Shown piece by piece: positions 30,772-44,002 of a stretch of DNA of 64,000 bases; position 1 is the stretch's first letter; every line of letters begins with the position of its first letter. The DNA comes from a virus (Duplodnaviria; Caudoviricetes), in IMG/VR virus record IMGVR_UViG_3300046804_004123, positions 1 to 64,000 of that record. One strand, given 5' to 3'. Under the pieces are notes generated by a model. It had not been told where the DNA came from, ran no database searches, and worked only from the letters and a program-made list of their open reading frames with translations. Both the position numbers and the translations under genes were made by a program.

Positions 30772-33700
30772 TTAACTTAGTGCAATAATTAGAGGGGTTA
30801 CTGTATTTAACAAACTTTGACTGAACGCTCTTCCGGAAATTGTTCCAGTTAACTGATTAATAACAACTCCATCACCAATTTGGAAGTTTCCTGCTTGGTT
30901 TGTACTTGTATAAACAACTTGTCCACCATTTCGTTTATCAACTTCATTTGCTTGAATTGTTATTCCACCCAAGGCAGGTTTTGCCGTATTAATATTTGTT
31001 CCAGATCCAACCCATTCCAATGAAATTGAAGTAGCAATTTGTAAACTTAATCTTGAAAAATAAACTGTTGTTCCAGCACCTATAGTATTATTTAGATTTT
31101 GAGTCAAAACAACTGTAGAAATTCCACTTACTGGTAAAGTTGCAGTAGTAATGGTATAATATAATGGATATAAAACTGCTTCTGCAGTTGCATTTGTTCC
31201 ACTACCAAAAGTATCAGTAATTGTAATTGACGGTGGAGTTAAATATTGACTTCCATTGGCAATTACATCAATTGAAGTTATGGCACCACTTTGATCAACA
31301 TTTGCAGAACCTTCTGCACGAATTCCACTTGGTCCTTCTGGGAATTCAATAGTAATTGTTGGTGGATTTGCTGGATTATAACCACTTCCACCATTTGTAA
31401 CATTTATAGAATTAACTTGATAATACAATTCCCCAAAATAAATTGCCTGCCCATCATAAGGTCTTTGTGTTCCTAATCCAGAAATAGTTACTGTATCAGT
31501 TTCAATTTCTGCAGTTCCAACAGTTTCTCCAGTATATCTGTAGATTGATTTTGAAGTATAATCTCCCACACCATCAGAAACTAGACCATAGTTACCAAAT
31601 GAGCAGTTGGAGTTTGTAATATCACACTGACCACCAGATTTTGTAAATATTCCAATATCATCACAAATTGTAAAGATGGAAACCAATTGAGTATAAGCTC
31701 CATTTGTAATTGAAACACCAATACCACCTTGATTATATTGAGTATATGAGTCAACGCTCATGGTTCCAGTTACACCAATATCATCTTTATCACCTGGTTC
31801 TGCAGAAAATCCATCAACTTTCATTCCTATACTATCTGCAATAAAATTAGTACAGTTTCTTACATAAGGTCCTTGAGTAATTGGACCAACACCTTTAGAG
31901 TATGGTGGAATAACAATACCACCAGAAACATAAGTATGAGCAATACCTGTTGATCCTACATTTACAGTAAATGTATTTTTTTCATTTGATGTTGAAAGAA
32001 CTTCAAAATTATATCCTTTATTTCCAGTTGGGAATATAGTTGTAGTTGCTGCTCCACTTGAACATGCAAATTCAAAATCACGTAATGTTACAATATCACC
32101 AGTTTTTACAGAAATTCCAGGAGCAGTTATTGTAACTATTCCAGTTGTATTGTCATATTTTGCTTCAGAAGCACTTATAGAACGATTAACTACATATCCA
32201 CCAGAAACATAGGTATGCGGAATTGTTGAAACTCCAGTATAAACATCAAATGATTGATCAGAATTAATTTTACTAACATAAAATTCATATCCATAATATC
32301 CAGATGGGAATAATTGAGTTGATACTGGACCTCCAGATGAGCAAGAGAATTTAAGATTTCTAATTTCAATAAAATCTCCAACTTTTACAGGTAAACCAGG
32401 TGCTTTAATTGTAGTTTTTCCAGATGTTTCTTCATATAAAGCACTTGTAACACCAACCAGAGTCTCAAATCCTTTACCACGATTTCCAGGATATGAAGTA
32501 TTAAATCCAACTGTTGAGAATGCTGTTGATCCTAATCCAACAATTGAAGTCACAATTCCAACACAAACCTTCATAGCAGAAGTAACATCAGCACAAGAAC
32601 TAATTACGTTGTTAAATCCTGTTTCTGGATCAACTTGCATAGCAAGATCTTTAATTTGTGTAAATTGATTTTGGAAATTGGTGTATTTTTGAATAGTTCC
32701 TCCAGAAACATAGGTATGAGGAAGAACTGTTTTACCACCAACAAACTCAAATGTATTTGGTCCGACCACAGATTTAACTGGGAAAATATAATTAAACGTT
32801 CCATCTGGGAATGTTGTAGTGGTATAATTTGAAGTTAATGTTCCACCCGTAACGTAAACGTGATCCAAAGTAGACGTTCCAACATTAATTTTAACTTTAT
32901 CAGAAACATATAATGCGGGATATGCACTCATGTTTCCGTTTGTAATTGTTGCTGTAAGAATAGAAATCAAATTATCAATGTTGGTTCTTACATCTGCACA
33001 AGAATCTGGATCTTGATTATCTCCAGTTAAAGGATCTGCAGTAATAGTTAAATCTTTAACATTTAACTGATTTGTAATTGCTTTCTTTGCATAATCACGA
33101 ACCGCATTAAATGCCGTTACGCTTTCCGCAGTTTCTCCGACTAATCCATTTGAAATTGGAGATCCATTCTTATCAAAATATGCTCTGGTTGCCTCACGAA
33201 TAAACTTATTAGTTCCGTATCTAATATCTTTAATTAAAGCATCTACAATATATCCAAGATCTCTACGGCACTTGAGTTCACCAGAAACAAATATACCAGG
33301 GTTATTATAAATTGTATTTAAGGAAGTTAATGATCCCACACTAATTACTGTGGTTACAATTGAAGTTAAAGTATCAAGTGCGTTTTGAACATTTGCACAA
33401 GAATTTGAATCTTGATTGTCATTAGTTAAAGGATCTGCGGTTAATGATAAGTCTTGAATAGTAAGTTGATTTGTAATTGCAGATTTCATCAAGTTTCTTG
33501 CTTGATTGAATGCATATACAGATTCTGTTTCTTCTCCAACTAAACCGTTTGAAATAGGAGATCCATTATTAAAATATTGTTTTACAAATGTAATTGCATA
33601 TGAATTACCACCAGTAAAAATGTCTGTAGAAATTGCATCTACAAAATAACCAAGATCACGCTTGCACTTTGTTTCTGTTCCAGAAATTCCTGGATACTGT

Positions 33701-36700
33701 GAAACTGTTGCACTCCAAGCACTATTAACAATTTCGGTTCTATTTTGTTGTATTAAACGATAAGAATCTCTGAATCTTGAGAATCTTGTGGTTTGAACGT
33801 CATTGGGGAAGTAGAAATCTGGATGTGAAATTGCAATCGCGGCAAGAGATTTGTCTACAATTTCTGTTTTATTTTTTTCTATTAAATTAGAAGCATCAAT
33901 ATAACGATTATCTGCTGTTGCAATTACAGTAAAATCATATCCAAGATTACCTGATGGATAATATGCAGTAGAAGGACCACCACCACTGTTACATTCCCAA
34001 ACAAGATTTTCAATTTTAACTTTCTTACCTGGTTCAATAAAAAGATGTGCTCCTGCGGTAGTTCCTAGTCCAACAGCAGTAATGGTTGCAATTCCTGTGG
34101 TACGATCATAAGATGCTGTAGAAATTCCAAAAATAGGAGTGTAAAGTTTAGTAATTTCTCCACCATATTGATACTTATGATCTAAAGTTGATTTTCCAAC
34201 ATTAACAACAAAAGTTTTAGAATCTAAAATATCCTGAACAGTAAAATCATATCCAAAGTTTCCAGATGGGTAAGCTGCCGTAGAAGGACCACCACCACTA
34301 TTACATTCAAATACAAGATTTTGTAGTTTTACTCGGTCACCAGATTTGATAGGTAAAGCAGATGTTGTTTCAATTGTTGATATTCCAGTTAATCTATCAT
34401 AAGATGCGGTTACAACTCCTACAGGGAATCCAGCAGAACCTGGAGTACATGAATAAGTAAGACCCTGAACTTTAACTGGATCTTTAGTTGATAAACCATG
34501 ATTAATTGCGGTTACTGTTGTAATTCCAGTTTGTGCATCATAAACAGCATTTACAACTGTGGTTCCCAATCCAACAGGATAACCACCCCAAGAACAATTA
34601 TTAATAACCGCACGAGCAATATTGAATGAATAGTCAATTGTAGATATAGTTTGTTTAATTTCATTTGGATTTTTAAGAATACCAGTCTTCAAACTCCAAT
34701 CTTCATTATAATATGCCTTTCCAGCATCAATAGATCTTGAATTTCCACCTCTTGTTATGTCATGAATAATACATTTCCAAACATCTTCAACGTCATCGGC
34801 ACAATCACTACTTTCTAAGGTAACTCCATATCTAACTGCTGGTGCAGTTGAAGTTGATCCCGCACCAATCATATTAGTTACAATTCCAACTAATTGTTTG
34901 ATGGTTGTCCCTACACCTACACATCCACCAGAAACTTGAATAACAGAGAGATTCTTAACTTGAGATATGCTATTTCCAACTCCTTGATAAGAAATTAATG
35001 GTGTTTGGTTGTTAATTACATGAGTTGCAATTCCTGCTGCATAATCAAGAGCAGCAATAGTTGCTTGCGAAACACCAACACCAGTAATATGAATTAGACT
35101 ATTAGAACTATTAAAGTATGAATAACCTGCACCAATTGATTTACGATTACTGTTTGCTTTAAGATCATAAGAAACTGCCTGCATAATGCTAACAATATCT
35201 TCCTTGCAATTTGTATAATCACTATTGTTTAAACTAAAATTATATCCAGATGGAGAAGTTAAGAAACCAACCGTTTCATTTGCAATATAATTTAAGTTTG
35301 AATCAATAAGTTTTGCTGCATCTTGTTCTCTATGACCACCAGCAAATCCACTAAAACCACTGGTTAAAAATCCAACTGCTTCTTTTGAAATATATTTAAG
35401 ATTAAATCTTATCATTCTAGCAGCATCAAAGAATCTGTCAGTTGCAACACCAAGTAAAGGTTGCAAAGAAACAACTGCTGCACCATTTGTCATAGATGGA
35501 CCAATGAAACTTGCATCCGTTATGTGACACCCATTATTAACATGGAACATATCCAGATTTCTATTTCCTGGAGTAATTACAACATTACGAAGTTCTGTTC
35601 CTTCTACAGAAACTGTCTTTGCCAAAACAATTGGATTGTCTTCAACATATGTTCCTGGGAATACTTTAATAGTGTCTCCAAATACTGCTACAGATGCCGC
35701 AGATTTTATAGTTCTCTTTGGATAATTTTCCGCCAATCCAGTATTATTATCATTACCAGTCATAGAAACATAAATTGTTCTACCAACTGGTTTGTAAGAC
35801 TGAATTTCAACCTTACCTTTACCTGGAACTTGAGTTTCAAATATATCAATACCAATTCCAGGAACAATTTGAGTTACGATTCCAACTAAAGTTTCTCCAT
35901 TACCATAATACTTTGTTGCCGTTGCAGTTCCAACAACTGTTAAAGTATTGGTAATTGCACTTGTTCCAATACCAATACTTCCTGTGGAAGGATTATAAAC
36001 TAATTTATTTGGTGAGGATGTTACTGTAGTGATAGCACCACTCTTAACGTTGCTTAAAGTTGGATAGAATAATTTGTTACTTATATTATCTTCAAATAAG
36101 TCAATACTAGATCTTCCTTGAGCCCCTTGTAAACCTTGTACACCTTGCCTTCCTTGAATACCTTGCAATCCCTGCAATCCTTGAACACCTTGTCTTCCTT
36201 GTAATCCTTGAAGACCTTGTAATCCTTGAACGCCTTGTAGTCCCTGAATACCTTGTAATCCTTGAATTCCTTGGACTCCTTGCATTCCTTGAACGCCTTG
36301 TAGTCCCTGTACACCTTGTCTTCCTTGGACTCCTTGCATTCCTTGAACGCCTTGTAGTCCCTGAATACCTTGTAATCCTTGAATTCCTTGAGTTCCTTGA
36401 GTTCCTTGGAAATTGCCAAGAACACCCTGTAATCCTTGTAATCCTTGAACTCCTTGAAATCCTTGAGTTCCTTGAAGACCCTGAGTACCTTGAGTACCTT
36501 GGAAACCTTGTAAACCTTGTACACCTTGTCTCCCTTGAGTTCCTTGAGTACCTTGAAAATTACTTAACGATCCTTGTACTCCTTGACTTCCTTGAAAACC
36601 TTGAAGACCCTGTACACCCTGTCTTCCTTGTAATCCCTGTACTCCTTGTAATCCCTGTACTCCTTGCACTCCTTGTAATCCTTGAATACCTTGAAGACCT

Positions 36701-39700
36701 TGAACTCCTTGAAGACCTTGAACTCCTTGAACGCCCTGTAGTCCCTGTACACCTTGTCTTCCCTGAAGACCTTGAGTTCCTTGATTACCTTGAGTTCCTT
36801 GGAAATTACTTAAAGAACTTTGAACCCCTTGCAATCCTTGAACACCTTGTCTTCCTTGTAGTCCCTGTACTCCCTGTACTCCTTGTAGTCCCTGTACTCC
36901 TTGTAAACCTTGGTTTCCTTGAACTCCTTGAAAATTGCTCAAAGATCCTTGAAGTCCTTGATTACCTTGAGTTCCTTGAGCTCCTTGTAAACCTTGTACA
37001 CCCTGTCTTCCCTGAAGACCTTGAGTTCCTTGATTGCCTTGAGTTCCTTGAAAGTTACTTATTGGTCCTTGAACTCCTTGCATTCCTTGGAAACCTTGCA
37101 TCCCCTGAACGCCTTGAGTTCCCTGAAAACCTTGCAATCCTTGAATTCCTTGAACTCCTTGCATTCCTTGAACACCTTGAGTTCCTTGGAAATTACTAAG
37201 AACTCCTTGAATTCCTTGCCTTCCTTGAACTCCTTGCCTTCCTTGAGTTCCTTGAATTCCTTGAATACCTTGCAATCCTTGAGTTCCTTGGAAATTCCCA
37301 AGAACTCCTTGACTCCCTTGTCTTCCTTGATTACCTTGAGTTCCTTGATTACCTTGAGTACCTTGAGTACCTTGTAGTCCTTGAGTTCCTTGTGTTCCTT
37401 GGAAATTACTAATTACTCCTTGAATTCCTTGCCTTCCTTGCAATCCTTGAGTTCCTTGCCTACCTTGAAGACCTTGGGTTCCTTGAAGACCTTGGGTTCC
37501 TTGGGTTCCTTGAGTTCCCTGACCAGCAAATAATCCATCAATACCTTGAGAACCTTGTGCTCCTTGAGTTCCAGCTCCTTGTAGACCTTGAGTTCCTTGG
37601 AAATTACTCATTGGACCTTGAGTTCCTTGGAAATTTCCTGGTGGTCCTTGAAGTCCTTGTAAACCTTGAGTTCCTTGATTACCAGTTCCTTGATTTCCTT
37701 GTAAACCTTGTGTTCCTTGAGTACCTTGAGCTCCTTGGAATCCTTGAAGACCTTGTGCTCCTTGAGTTCCTTGTCTTCCTTGAGTTCCTTGAGTTCCTTG
37801 GAATCCAGATGGAACAAAAATTACAGATAGTTTTTCAGTATCTGAAAATAATGCAGATCCAGAAACATAATTTACTACAACTTTACCATAACTGTAAGAT
37901 TCTGCACCAGCAGTTACTGTCACTATTGATGTAGAAGTTATATTAAAAACATGATAATCATTATCTAAAATATTTGATGACCCAATCAACAACAAACCTC
38001 TAGAAGTTGGTGTTCCAGTGGTGTTCCAATTATTATAAAAATCTAATCTATTTGTTCCAAGTTTATCAAATGGTGAAAAATATATTTCAGTTATATTTGT
38101 TATTGTAGTATTATTATATCTAATTTCACCATTAACTAATTTATTTCCAACATTAACTCCAGATATTACTGGAATACTAGTGACATCATCAAAATCATAT
38201 AATAAACCTGCCCTATCTCCTATTGTTCCCTGAGTTCCTTGAAAATTTCCTGGTGGTCCTTGAAGTCCTTGTAAACCTTGAGTTCCTTGATTACCAATTC
38301 CTTGATTTCCTTGAAGACCCTGAGTACCTTGAGTACCTTGGAAATTTCCTGGTGGTCCTTGCAGTCCTTGAAGTCCTTGAACTCCTTGAGTTCCTTGTCT
38401 TCCTTGAAGACCCTGAGTACCTTGAGTACCTTGGAAATTTCCTGGAGGCCCTTGAAGACCTTGAAGACCTTGAATACCTTGTCTTCCTTGGAGACCTTGA
38501 ATACCTTGAAAGTTACTAAGAACCCCTTGAGTTCCTTGAGTTCCTTGAGATCCTGCACCAACAAAAATAACAGACAATGTAGTATTATCTGTTGGTATTG
38601 ATCCAGAAACATAATTAACGCCTAATACATAATATCCAGATTGTGCGGTAATACTTGTAATTTTAAAGATATTAACAGTTGTTCCATCTATAAATGTAGA
38701 TTGTAAGTGAAGATATCCTATGAAAGCAAATCCAGTAACAGATCCCCAAGAGTTATACCAAGAAGTTTGATTATTTAAATCCGCATCCTGATTATCAATA
38801 TAAATTTGTGTTACGCTTGAAATTGTAGAACTATTATACTTAACACGACCTAAACCACCACCAGGAACTGTGGTGCTAGGATCACTATTTGTAGTATCAC
38901 TAATCCATACATAAGGAACTCCACCTGTTGATCCAACAGATCCTTTTTCACCTATAGTTCCTTGATTTCCTTGTAAACCTTGAGTTCCTTGAGTACCTTG
39001 ATTTCCTTTATCACCTTTATCACCTTTTGCGGCAAAAGAACCAGGAATACCTTGGGTTCCTTGAAGACCTTGATCACCTTGAAGTCCTTGAGAACCTTGA
39101 GAACCTTGAACACTTTCACCTTGTGTTCCTTGAGTTCCTTGGAAATTACTAATTACTCCTTGAATTCCTTGCCTTCCTTGTAAACCTTGAACACCTTGTA
39201 AACCTTGAACACCTTGTCTTCCTTGAACACCTTGTCTTCCTTGAGTTCCTTGAGTTCCTTGAAAATTGCTTATAACACCCTGAACACCTTGAGCCCCAGG
39301 AGTTCCAGTAATTGTTATTCTTTTATCATTTTCAATATTTTGAGTTGTAATTGCGATTCCAGGTCCAGCAACAAATCTTACTCTATCAAGACCTTCTGCA
39401 ATAAGAGTTGGTTGTCCATCAATATCCCAATATTTAAATGTACTGTTTAGTGCGATTTGTACGGCACCATTACCTAAATCTGTTACATCAAATCCAGAAT
39501 CAGTATCAAAACGTATAGCTTTTACGTTTGTAACTGCTCCTAATATTTGATTACCATTTAAAGTGTCAATTTCACTTACTTCTATACCAACATTAGATAA
39601 ATTAGATCCATCACCATAAAATGCTATTGCACTAACAATACCAACATTTCCGTATATGGTAACTCCAGTACCAACATGAAGATTATCAACCTCTAAATCT

Positions 39701-39750
39701 GTTAGATCCTCGGGTGGTTTGTCGGTATGATAGATTCTAATTTTGGTCAT
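30772..39750 (-). CDS. Giant fibre/structural protein (2992 aa) with collagen-like blocks and repeated domains
   Basis: Three Gly-X-Gln blocks, IYVS..GND...TIKSA beta-helix start, KC.RDLGY helical repeats, YD..TG..TIT repeats. Confidence 0.85.
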   Translation of the reverse strand: MTKIRIYHTDKPPEDLTDLEVDNLHVGTGVTIYGNVGIVSAIAFYGDGSNLSNVGIEVSEIDTLNGNQILGAVTNVKAIRFDTDSGFDVTDLGNGAVQIALNSTFKYWDIDGQPTLIAEGLDRVRFVAGPGIAITTQNIENDKRITITGTPGAQGVQGVISNFQGTQGTQGRQGVQGRQGVQGLQGVQGLQGRQGIQGVISNFQGTQGTQGESVQGSQGSQGLQGDQGLQGTQGIPGSFAAKGDKGDKGNQGTQGTQGLQGNQGTIGEKGSVGSTGGVPYVWISDTTNSDPSTTVPGGGLGRVKYNSSTISSVTQIYIDNQDADLNNQTSWYNSWGSVTGFAFIGYLHLQSTFIDGTTVNIFKITSITAQSGYYVLGVNYVSGSIPTDNTTLSVIFVGAGSQGTQGTQGVLSNFQGIQGLQGRQGIQGLQGLQGPPGNFQGTQGTQGLQGRQGTQGVQGLQGLQGPPGNFQGTQGTQGLQGNQGIGNQGTQGLQGLQGPPGNFQGTQGTIGDRAGLLYDFDDVTSIPVISGVNVGNKLVNGEIRYNNTTITNITEIYFSPFDKLGTNRLDFYNNWNTTGTPTSRGLLLIGSSNILDNDYHVFNITSTSIVTVTAGAESYSYGKVVVNYVSGSALFSDTEKLSVIFVPSGFQGTQGTQGRQGTQGAQGLQGFQGAQGTQGTQGLQGNQGTGNQGTQGLQGLQGPPGNFQGTQGPMSNFQGTQGLQGAGTQGAQGSQGIDGLFAGQGTQGTQGTQGLQGTQGLQGRQGTQGLQGRQGIQGVISNFQGTQGTQGLQGTQGTQGNQGTQGNQGRQGSQGVLGNFQGTQGLQGIQGIQGTQGRQGVQGRQGIQGVLSNFQGTQGVQGMQGVQGIQGLQGFQGTQGVQGMQGFQGMQGVQGPISNFQGTQGNQGTQGLQGRQGVQGLQGAQGTQGNQGLQGSLSNFQGVQGNQGLQGVQGLQGVQGVQGLQGRQGVQGLQGVQSSLSNFQGTQGNQGTQGLQGRQGVQGLQGVQGVQGLQGVQGLQGIQGLQGVQGVQGLQGVQGLQGRQGVQGLQGFQGSQGVQGSLSNFQGTQGTQGRQGVQGLQGFQGTQGTQGLQGTQGFQGVQGLQGLQGVLGNFQGTQGTQGIQGLQGIQGLQGVQGMQGVQGRQGVQGLQGVQGMQGVQGIQGLQGIQGLQGVQGLQGLQGLQGRQGVQGLQGLQGIQGRQGVQGLQGAQGRSSIDLFEDNISNKLFYPTLSNVKSGAITTVTSSPNKLVYNPSTGSIGIGTSAITNTLTVVGTATATKYYGNGETLVGIVTQIVPGIGIDIFETQVPGKGKVEIQSYKPVGRTIYVSMTGNDNNTGLAENYPKRTIKSAASVAVFGDTIKVFPGTYVEDNPIVLAKTVSVEGTELRNVVITPGNRNLDMFHVNNGCHITDASFIGPSMTNGAAVVSLQPLLGVATDRFFDAARMIRFNLKYISKEAVGFLTSGFSGFAGGHREQDAAKLIDSNLNYIANETVGFLTSPSGYNFSLNNSDYTNCKEDIVSIMQAVSYDLKANSNRKSIGAGYSYFNSSNSLIHITGVGVSQATIAALDYAAGIATHVINNQTPLISYQGVGNSISQVKNLSVIQVSGGCVGVGTTIKQLVGIVTNMIGAGSTSTAPAVRYGVTLESSDCADDVEDVWKCIIHDITRGGNSRSIDAGKAYYNEDWSLKTGILKNPNEIKQTISTIDYSFNIARAVINNCSWGGYPVGLGTTVVNAVYDAQTGITTVTAINHGLSTKDPVKVQGLTYSCTPGSAGFPVGVVTASYDRLTGISTIETTSALPIKSGDRVKLQNLVFECNSGGGPSTAAYPSGNFGYDFTVQDILDSKTFVVNVGKSTLDHKYQYGGEITKLYTPIFGISTASYDRTTGIATITAVGLGTTAGAHLFIEPGKKVKIENLVWECNSGGGPSTAYYPSGNLGYDFTVIATADNRYIDASNLIEKNKTEIVDKSLAAIAISHPDFYFPNDVQTTRFSRFRDSYRLIQQNRTEIVNSAWSATVSQYPGISGTETKCKRDLGYFVDAISTDIFTGGNSYAITFVKQYFNNGSPISNGLVGEETESVYAFNQARNLMKSAITNQLTIQDLSLTADPLTNDNQDSNSCANVQNALDTLTSIVTTVISVGSLTSLNTIYNNPGIFVSGELKCRRDLGYIVDALIKDIRYGTNKFIREATRAYFDKNGSPISNGLVGETAESVTAFNAVRDYAKKAITNQLNVKDLTITADPLTGDNQDPDSCADVRTNIDNLISILTATITNGNMSAYPALYVSDKVKINVGTSTLDHVYVTGGTLTSNYTTTTFPDGTFNYIFPVKSVVGPNTFEFVGGKTVLPHTYVSGGTIQKYTNFQNQFTQIKDLAMQVDPETGFNNVISSCADVTSAMKVCVGIVTSIVGLGSTAFSTVGFNTSYPGNRGKGFETLVGVTSALYEETSGKTTIKAPGLPVKVGDFIEIRNLKFSCSSGGPVSTQLFPSGYYGYEFYVSKINSDQSFDVYTGVSTIPHTYVSGGYVVNRSISASEAKYDNTTGIVTITAPGISVKTGDIVTLRDFEFACSSGAATTTIFPTGNKGYNFEVLSTSNEKNTFTVNVGSTGIAHTYVSGGIVIPPYSKGVGPITQGPYVRNCTNFIADSIGMKVDGFSAEPGDKDDIGVTGTMSVDSYTQYNQGGIGVSITNGAYTQLVSIFTICDDIGIFTKSGGQCDITNSNCSFGNYGLVSDGVGDYTSKSIYRYTGETVGTAEIETDTVTISGLGTQRPYDGQAIYFGELYYQVNSINVTNGGSGYNPANPPTITIEFPEGPSGIRAEGSANVDQSGAITSIDVIANGSQYLTPPSITITDTFGSGTNATAEAVLYPLYYTITTATLPVSGISTVVLTQNLNNTIGAGTTVYFSRLSLQIATSISLEWVGSGTNINTAKPALGGITIQANEVDKRNGGQVVYTSTNQAGNFQIGDGVVINQLTGTISGRAFSQSLLNTVTPLIIALS
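36115..39300 (-). repeat. Three Gly-X-Gln coding repeat blocks (about 36115-37805, 38220-38550, 38955-39300)
   Basis: 9-nt periodic ccttg with interspersed SNF/GNF units. Confidence 0.95.
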
Positions 39751-40703
39751 GAGTTTCTTCTATCGTATGTCCAACCTGCGATTGAATATGATGAATTATC
39801 ACCCGGATAATCATCTGGAGTTTCACCTTGATATTCGACAATTAATTTTTCACCAAGACGATCCGCCCACACATGATAATAACAATTTATAGATGTTCCA
39901 TTTCCAGACTTAATAATAATTCTTTTACCCCATTCTATTTTTTCAACAATTAAATCCTGACTATGACCAATTTGAGTAAGATTTACAGTAATTGTTTCTG
40001 GATCAATAAGACCATTCCAATAATCTGGAAGTTCAATAATATTATTATTATTTAACACACCACGAAAATAAACTGCTGCTTCTGGACCTTCAACACAAGC
40101 ATGTCTTAATCTATACCCTTGTTTATTTGGATGTTTAATATCAAAATTTTTCTTATTAATTTCCAATCTCAAAATTGATTGTGCAAGATCACCAACCCCA
40201 TCAACAGTTGTTCTTCCACCTAATCTTATTGAAGGTGAATTTATATCAACTTTTGGACCATCAATAGAAATTTTAGTTTCTGAATTAATACTAACACCAC
40301 TTGCACAATTTATAGATAATTTAGCAGAATTTATTTCATATTTAACTGCGCTAACTACAAGATTTTGTCCAGCTATTTCAGTAGCTCCTGGCAATTTTCC
40401 AATTCCACTTCCAGTTGGACCACCATCTGGAGCACCAGTTACTATAAGATCACCAAGTATTGTGGTTCTTCCTAAAAATTTACTTTCTCCAGTTACATTA
40501 AGTGCTTGTGGGTTTGTGGCATTTGCACCAACAGTTAATGAAGCATTTACAACTTTATTAAATGCAGATCCAATAAAGCATTGAAAAATATTTGCCGATC
40601 CTGGAGGAATAAAAGACATTGGAACATTCAAAGCTGCTCCAAGAATTGGATGCGATACTTCTATATAAGAAGTTGAAAAATTGTCAATATTATGAGAACT
40701 CAT
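39747..40703 (-). CDS. gp5-associated baseplate spike protein with chaperone-like C-terminus
   Basis: KNFDIKHP...[17 protein letters not shown]...IELPDYW...VNLT. Confidence 0.65.
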   Translation of the reverse strand: MSSHNIDNFSTSYIEVSHPILGAALNVPMSFIPPGSANIFQCFIGSAFNKVVNASLTVGANATNPQALNVTGESKFLGRTTILGDLIVTGAPDGGPTGSGIGKLPGATEIAGQNLVVSAVKYEINSAKLSINCASGVSINSETKISIDGPKVDINSPSIRLGGRTTVDGVGDLAQSILRLEINKKNFDIKHPNKQGYRLRHACVEGPEAAVYFRGVLNNNNIIELPDYWNGLIDPETITVNLTQIGHSQDLIVEKIEWGKRIIIKSGNGTSINCYYHVWADRLGEKLIVEYQGETPDDYPGDNSSYSIAGWTYDRRNS

Positions 40704-40714
40704 ATTTTATCTCC

Positions 40715-41317
40715 TTATTCCATTATTTCTACTTTACCACAAGTTTTAGAAAGTCCTTCAACAAGTTTAGACCAATTTCCAGAAAGTAATTCTTTAATTG
40801 TACTTAATGAACTAACTGGACTATTTTCATTAACTTTTCCATAAAGGTTTATAAAATTTGAACTTACAACATTAACTCCACTTGTTCCAGTTAAACATAA
40901 TCTTGATCCAGCTAAACGAACTTCTTGAGTTGATGCAAGAATAATAAAACCGTTTGAATTTACTAAAAAATTACCTTGTTTTTCTTCTCCTGTTGTTTCT
41001 ATGTGTATATTTTTTGCCTTAAGATATATTGTTCCCCTTTCAGCATTTAAAACAAGATCTCCATTTTGTGCTATGATAGATCTTCCAATTCCACCGTGTT
41101 GAGTTGGATCTAAACTATGACCAGAAACTTCATGACAAGGTCCTTGAATATGCTCAATTTTTGATCCATTTTTATGCCAAACACAATGATTGTTTGCAGA
41201 AGTTACAATTGTAAAATCTCTTTTATCATCAAGTGTACTTGGACCTACAGGACCGCAATGAACAAATGCATGTGGATTATTTACTATTGTAAAATCTGGA
41301 GCTTGTTGTTCGGCCAT
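40715..41317 (-). CDS. gp5 C-terminal-like beta-helix spike segment
   Basis: IIAQNGDLVLNAERGTIYLKAKNIHIE; position within the gp5 cluster. Confidence 0.6.
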   Translation of the reverse strand: MAEQQAPDFTIVNNPHAFVHCGPVGPSTLDDKRDFTIVTSANNHCVWHKNGSKIEHIQGPCHEVSGHSLDPTQHGGIGRSIIAQNGDLVLNAERGTIYLKAKNIHIETTGEEKQGNFLVNSNGFIILASTQEVRLAGSRLCLTGTSGVNVVSSNFINLYGKVNENSPVSSLSTIKELLSGNWSKLVEGLSKTCGKVEIME

Positions 41318-43996
41318 TTATTTTAACACACAATCTACTACTTTTAGAAGTTTATCTGTTCCTATTTTTTGTAATTCTCTTTTACTAAATTTTGATGCTG
41401 GAATAAATCTTAAAATTGGTCTAAATTTTGCACCAACTCCATCTACGGTATTTATCTTAATTTCAGGAAGAGTAGTAAATCCATATCCACCAGATATAAT
41501 TCTGATATCAACTATTTGTCCAATTGGAGTTGTTACTAATTCAAATTCGGCATTATTATTTCCTCCAATTATTTGAACAGTATCACTTGATATATAACCA
41601 CTTCCAGTATCAATAATTTCAATTTCTGAAATTTCAGATATTACATCATTTGAAGTAACAGTACCCTCATCAGTGGGAGTTTGGATGGGTGTTGATAAAG
41701 GAGTTGTTGTAGAAATAATAGGAACAATATTACTAATAATACCACTTAGATTAGATCCTGATGATGTTGGATCAATATTAGCTCCTCCACCACTCGCATC
41801 ACCAGGACCTGATGGAATTGGAAATTGAATAGATGATGGACCACCACCCCCCCCTCCACTTGGACCACTTGGGCCACCTGGACCACTTGGGCCACCTGGA
41901 CCACTTGGGCCACCTGGACCACTTGGGCCATTTGGTCCACCTGGACTAGATCCTCCTCCACTTGGACCGTATGGATCACTCGGAACATCTAAAAATGATC
42001 CAGAAAGATTTGGAATAACTCCATAATCAGCTCCTCCAGGTAATTCTTTATCATCTTCTGCAAGACCAGTTATATCTCCTACCAAAGATAATGATCCTGA
42101 AGGTGACGTTGATGGTGAAAAATTCCAATCTGGTAGAGAAGTTGTTGGTGAAATTATAGTTATTGATGCATTTTTAGTGTCTTTATCTTTTCCCGAAGGA
42201 GCTTTAGAATTAACTGCGGTTAAAACATAAGTATTAATTAAATTTTTTCCATCACTAGGAAATACTAAATTAATCGGTAAAACTAAAGATGCGGAACCAC
42301 TGGCAATTAAATTATCATAAATTGGCACCACTGTTCCAGAAGAATCTAAAATTCCCAATGAAGTGGAAGTTGCATTAGAAGTTGACCATGTAAATTTAAT
42401 AACTTGACCGAGTTCGGCTATTTCTGGTTCGGCACCAAATCCAACTATTTTGGGAGATTCTGATGATACTGGGTCAGTAATATCAGTGGATCCATAACCT
42501 TCTGGAGATGTAACATCAACATCTAAGTAGGAAATAGTTTCTAATGCATCCCACGGAGGAACACTATTTGTTGCAGTAAGAGTAAAAGTTTTAGTAGTAA
42601 TAAATTTACCTGTAGGAAAATCAACATCAGAAGAAGAAATCTTTACTTTTACGCTTCCAACAATCGGAAGATCTGTATAACCAACAATTCCCAAAGAAAC
42701 TTTAGTAGCATTTGTTACTTCCCAATCCAAAGTTATTTCATTTTCTACTTGAATTGGGTTTGGTGTACCAAAAAATTTAGTTATAACTGGTTTTGGTGGA
42801 GATTGATCATTAAATCCAATTCCAGGAGTGTCTATAACAACATCTGTTACTTCTCCAGTATCTGGATCTATTTTAGTATGACCACTTGCATTTTTACCAC
42901 ATCCACCAGGATCAACAAAACTTACAAAAGGAGGTGATGTATATCCAGAACCTCCATAAACTAAATTAACTCCAACAACTTGCCCTATAGTATTAACAAC
43001 TGCGGCACCCACAGCACCAGATCCGCCACCACCAAAAAATTGAACATCAACTCCACATGCAAAATCTCCAGAATAACAACCCCCAGGAGAAACATATGTT
43101 CCGTTTTCATTAGAACCAAAAAAATCATTCATCCATCCATTAGCAGTTTTACCTACATTAGAACTAAAAGAAAAATTAGACCAATTGTCAGTTTTAGTAT
43201 TTTGTGGTTTTCCCCAAGGTCCAGCTGCAAATTCTTTTAATTCGTTGTCACATTCTGGTTTTTCGCACAAAAATCCTTCAAATCCAATTATATAATCTAA
43301 GACTTGGAATACCGATCCCATTACTTGTGAAATTGGTGCTAATACTTTATTAATTTGATCAAAAATTGGTCCCAAAGCATTGTCAATATCATTAAGAAGT
43401 TTATTAAGCAAAGCATTAACAAAATCTTCAACAGCACAAAAAGGTACATTAATGACTTGACCAATTAAAGCATACAAAAAATCTCCAACTAAATTAAATA
43501 ATGCTTTGATAATATCATCAAACTTACAAAATATTTCATCTATAATTCTAGAAAGTAATGCTTTTTTTGGATTTTTTGATTGTGGTGTTTCGGAAGTATA
43601 TAAAAGATCTTCTAACCCTTTTTTAACTTTTTTAAGAACCCATTCTCTAGCTCTATGAACTAATGTTTTTAATACGGCAACTATTTCATTAATTGTTGCT
43701 GTTATTTCTGCCTGAAGATTTGTAATTGCATTTATTGTTTGATTTACATACTTATCAAGATATTTCTTAAGTCCTTTTAATACTATAAAAAATTTTTTTA
43801 AAGATTTATATATTTGACTAACTTTATCATTTCCACAAGCATCTGCTTTTGATTGAGGAGTTTCACAAAGAGCTCGGTAAGACTCTGCAGAAAGAGTATT
43901 ACAATATGCTTCCGTCACTTTAAAAGAAGGATTATTTACATCATATTCCCCTTTAAAATGTGGTAAATCAGCATTAAATACAGGTCCTGTTGTCAT
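41318..43996 (-). CDS. gp5-related baseplate hub protein (middle part) with inserted Ig-like domains and a Gly/Pro linker
   Basis: Helical N-terminus with Cys residues, GGGGSGAVG..V...GSGY repeats, ends VVDCV; no lysozyme motif seen. Confidence 0.7.
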   Translation of the reverse strand: MTTGPVFNADLPHFKGEYDVNNPSFKVTEAYCNTLSAESYRALCETPQSKADACGNDKVSQIYKSLKKFFIVLKGLKKYLDKYVNQTINAITNLQAEITATINEIVAVLKTLVHRAREWVLKKVKKGLEDLLYTSETPQSKNPKKALLSRIIDEIFCKFDDIIKALFNLVGDFLYALIGQVINVPFCAVEDFVNALLNKLLNDIDNALGPIFDQINKVLAPISQVMGSVFQVLDYIIGFEGFLCEKPECDNELKEFAAGPWGKPQNTKTDNWSNFSFSSNVGKTANGWMNDFFGSNENGTYVSPGGCYSGDFACGVDVQFFGGGGSGAVGAAVVNTIGQVVGVNLVYGGSGYTSPPFVSFVDPGGCGKNASGHTKIDPDTGEVTDVVIDTPGIGFNDQSPPKPVITKFFGTPNPIQVENEITLDWEVTNATKVSLGIVGYTDLPIVGSVKVKISSSDVDFPTGKFITTKTFTLTATNSVPPWDALETISYLDVDVTSPEGYGSTDITDPVSSESPKIVGFGAEPEIAELGQVIKFTWSTSNATSTSLGILDSSGTVVPIYDNLIASGSASLVLPINLVFPSDGKNLINTYVLTAVNSKAPSGKDKDTKNASITIISPTTSLPDWNFSPSTSPSGSLSLVGDITGLAEDDKELPGGADYGVIPNLSGSFLDVPSDPYGPSGGGSSPGGPNGPSGPGGPSGPGGPSGPGGPSGPSGGGGGGPSSIQFPIPSGPGDASGGGANIDPTSSGSNLSGIISNIVPIISTTTPLSTPIQTPTDEGTVTSNDVISEISEIEIIDTGSGYISSDTVQIIGGNNNAEFELVTTPIGQIVDIRIISGGYGFTTLPEIKINTVDGVGAKFRPILRFIPASKFSKRELQKIGTDKLLKVVDCVLK
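41861..41930 (-). repeat. 18-bp tandem repeat, about 3.9 copies (GPSGPG)
   Basis: tggaccacttgggccacc repeated exactly; adjacent C8 run at 41847-41854. Confidence 0.95.
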
Positions 43997-44002
43997 ACTT
44001 TC

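Noticed and set aside
29060-39300. Possible CRISPR array
   Set aside because: The repeats are short, degenerate and coding, with no unique spacers and no cas operon.
29034-39450. Many antisense and alternative-frame ORFs rich in LEFL, SLSSL or KEFK
   Set aside because: They are shadows of the 9-nt Gly-X-Gln repeats, with no independent expression signals.
6779-39750. Diversity-generating retroelement acting on the fibres
   Set aside because: No reverse transcriptase and no template/variable repeat pair with adenine-specific differences were seen.
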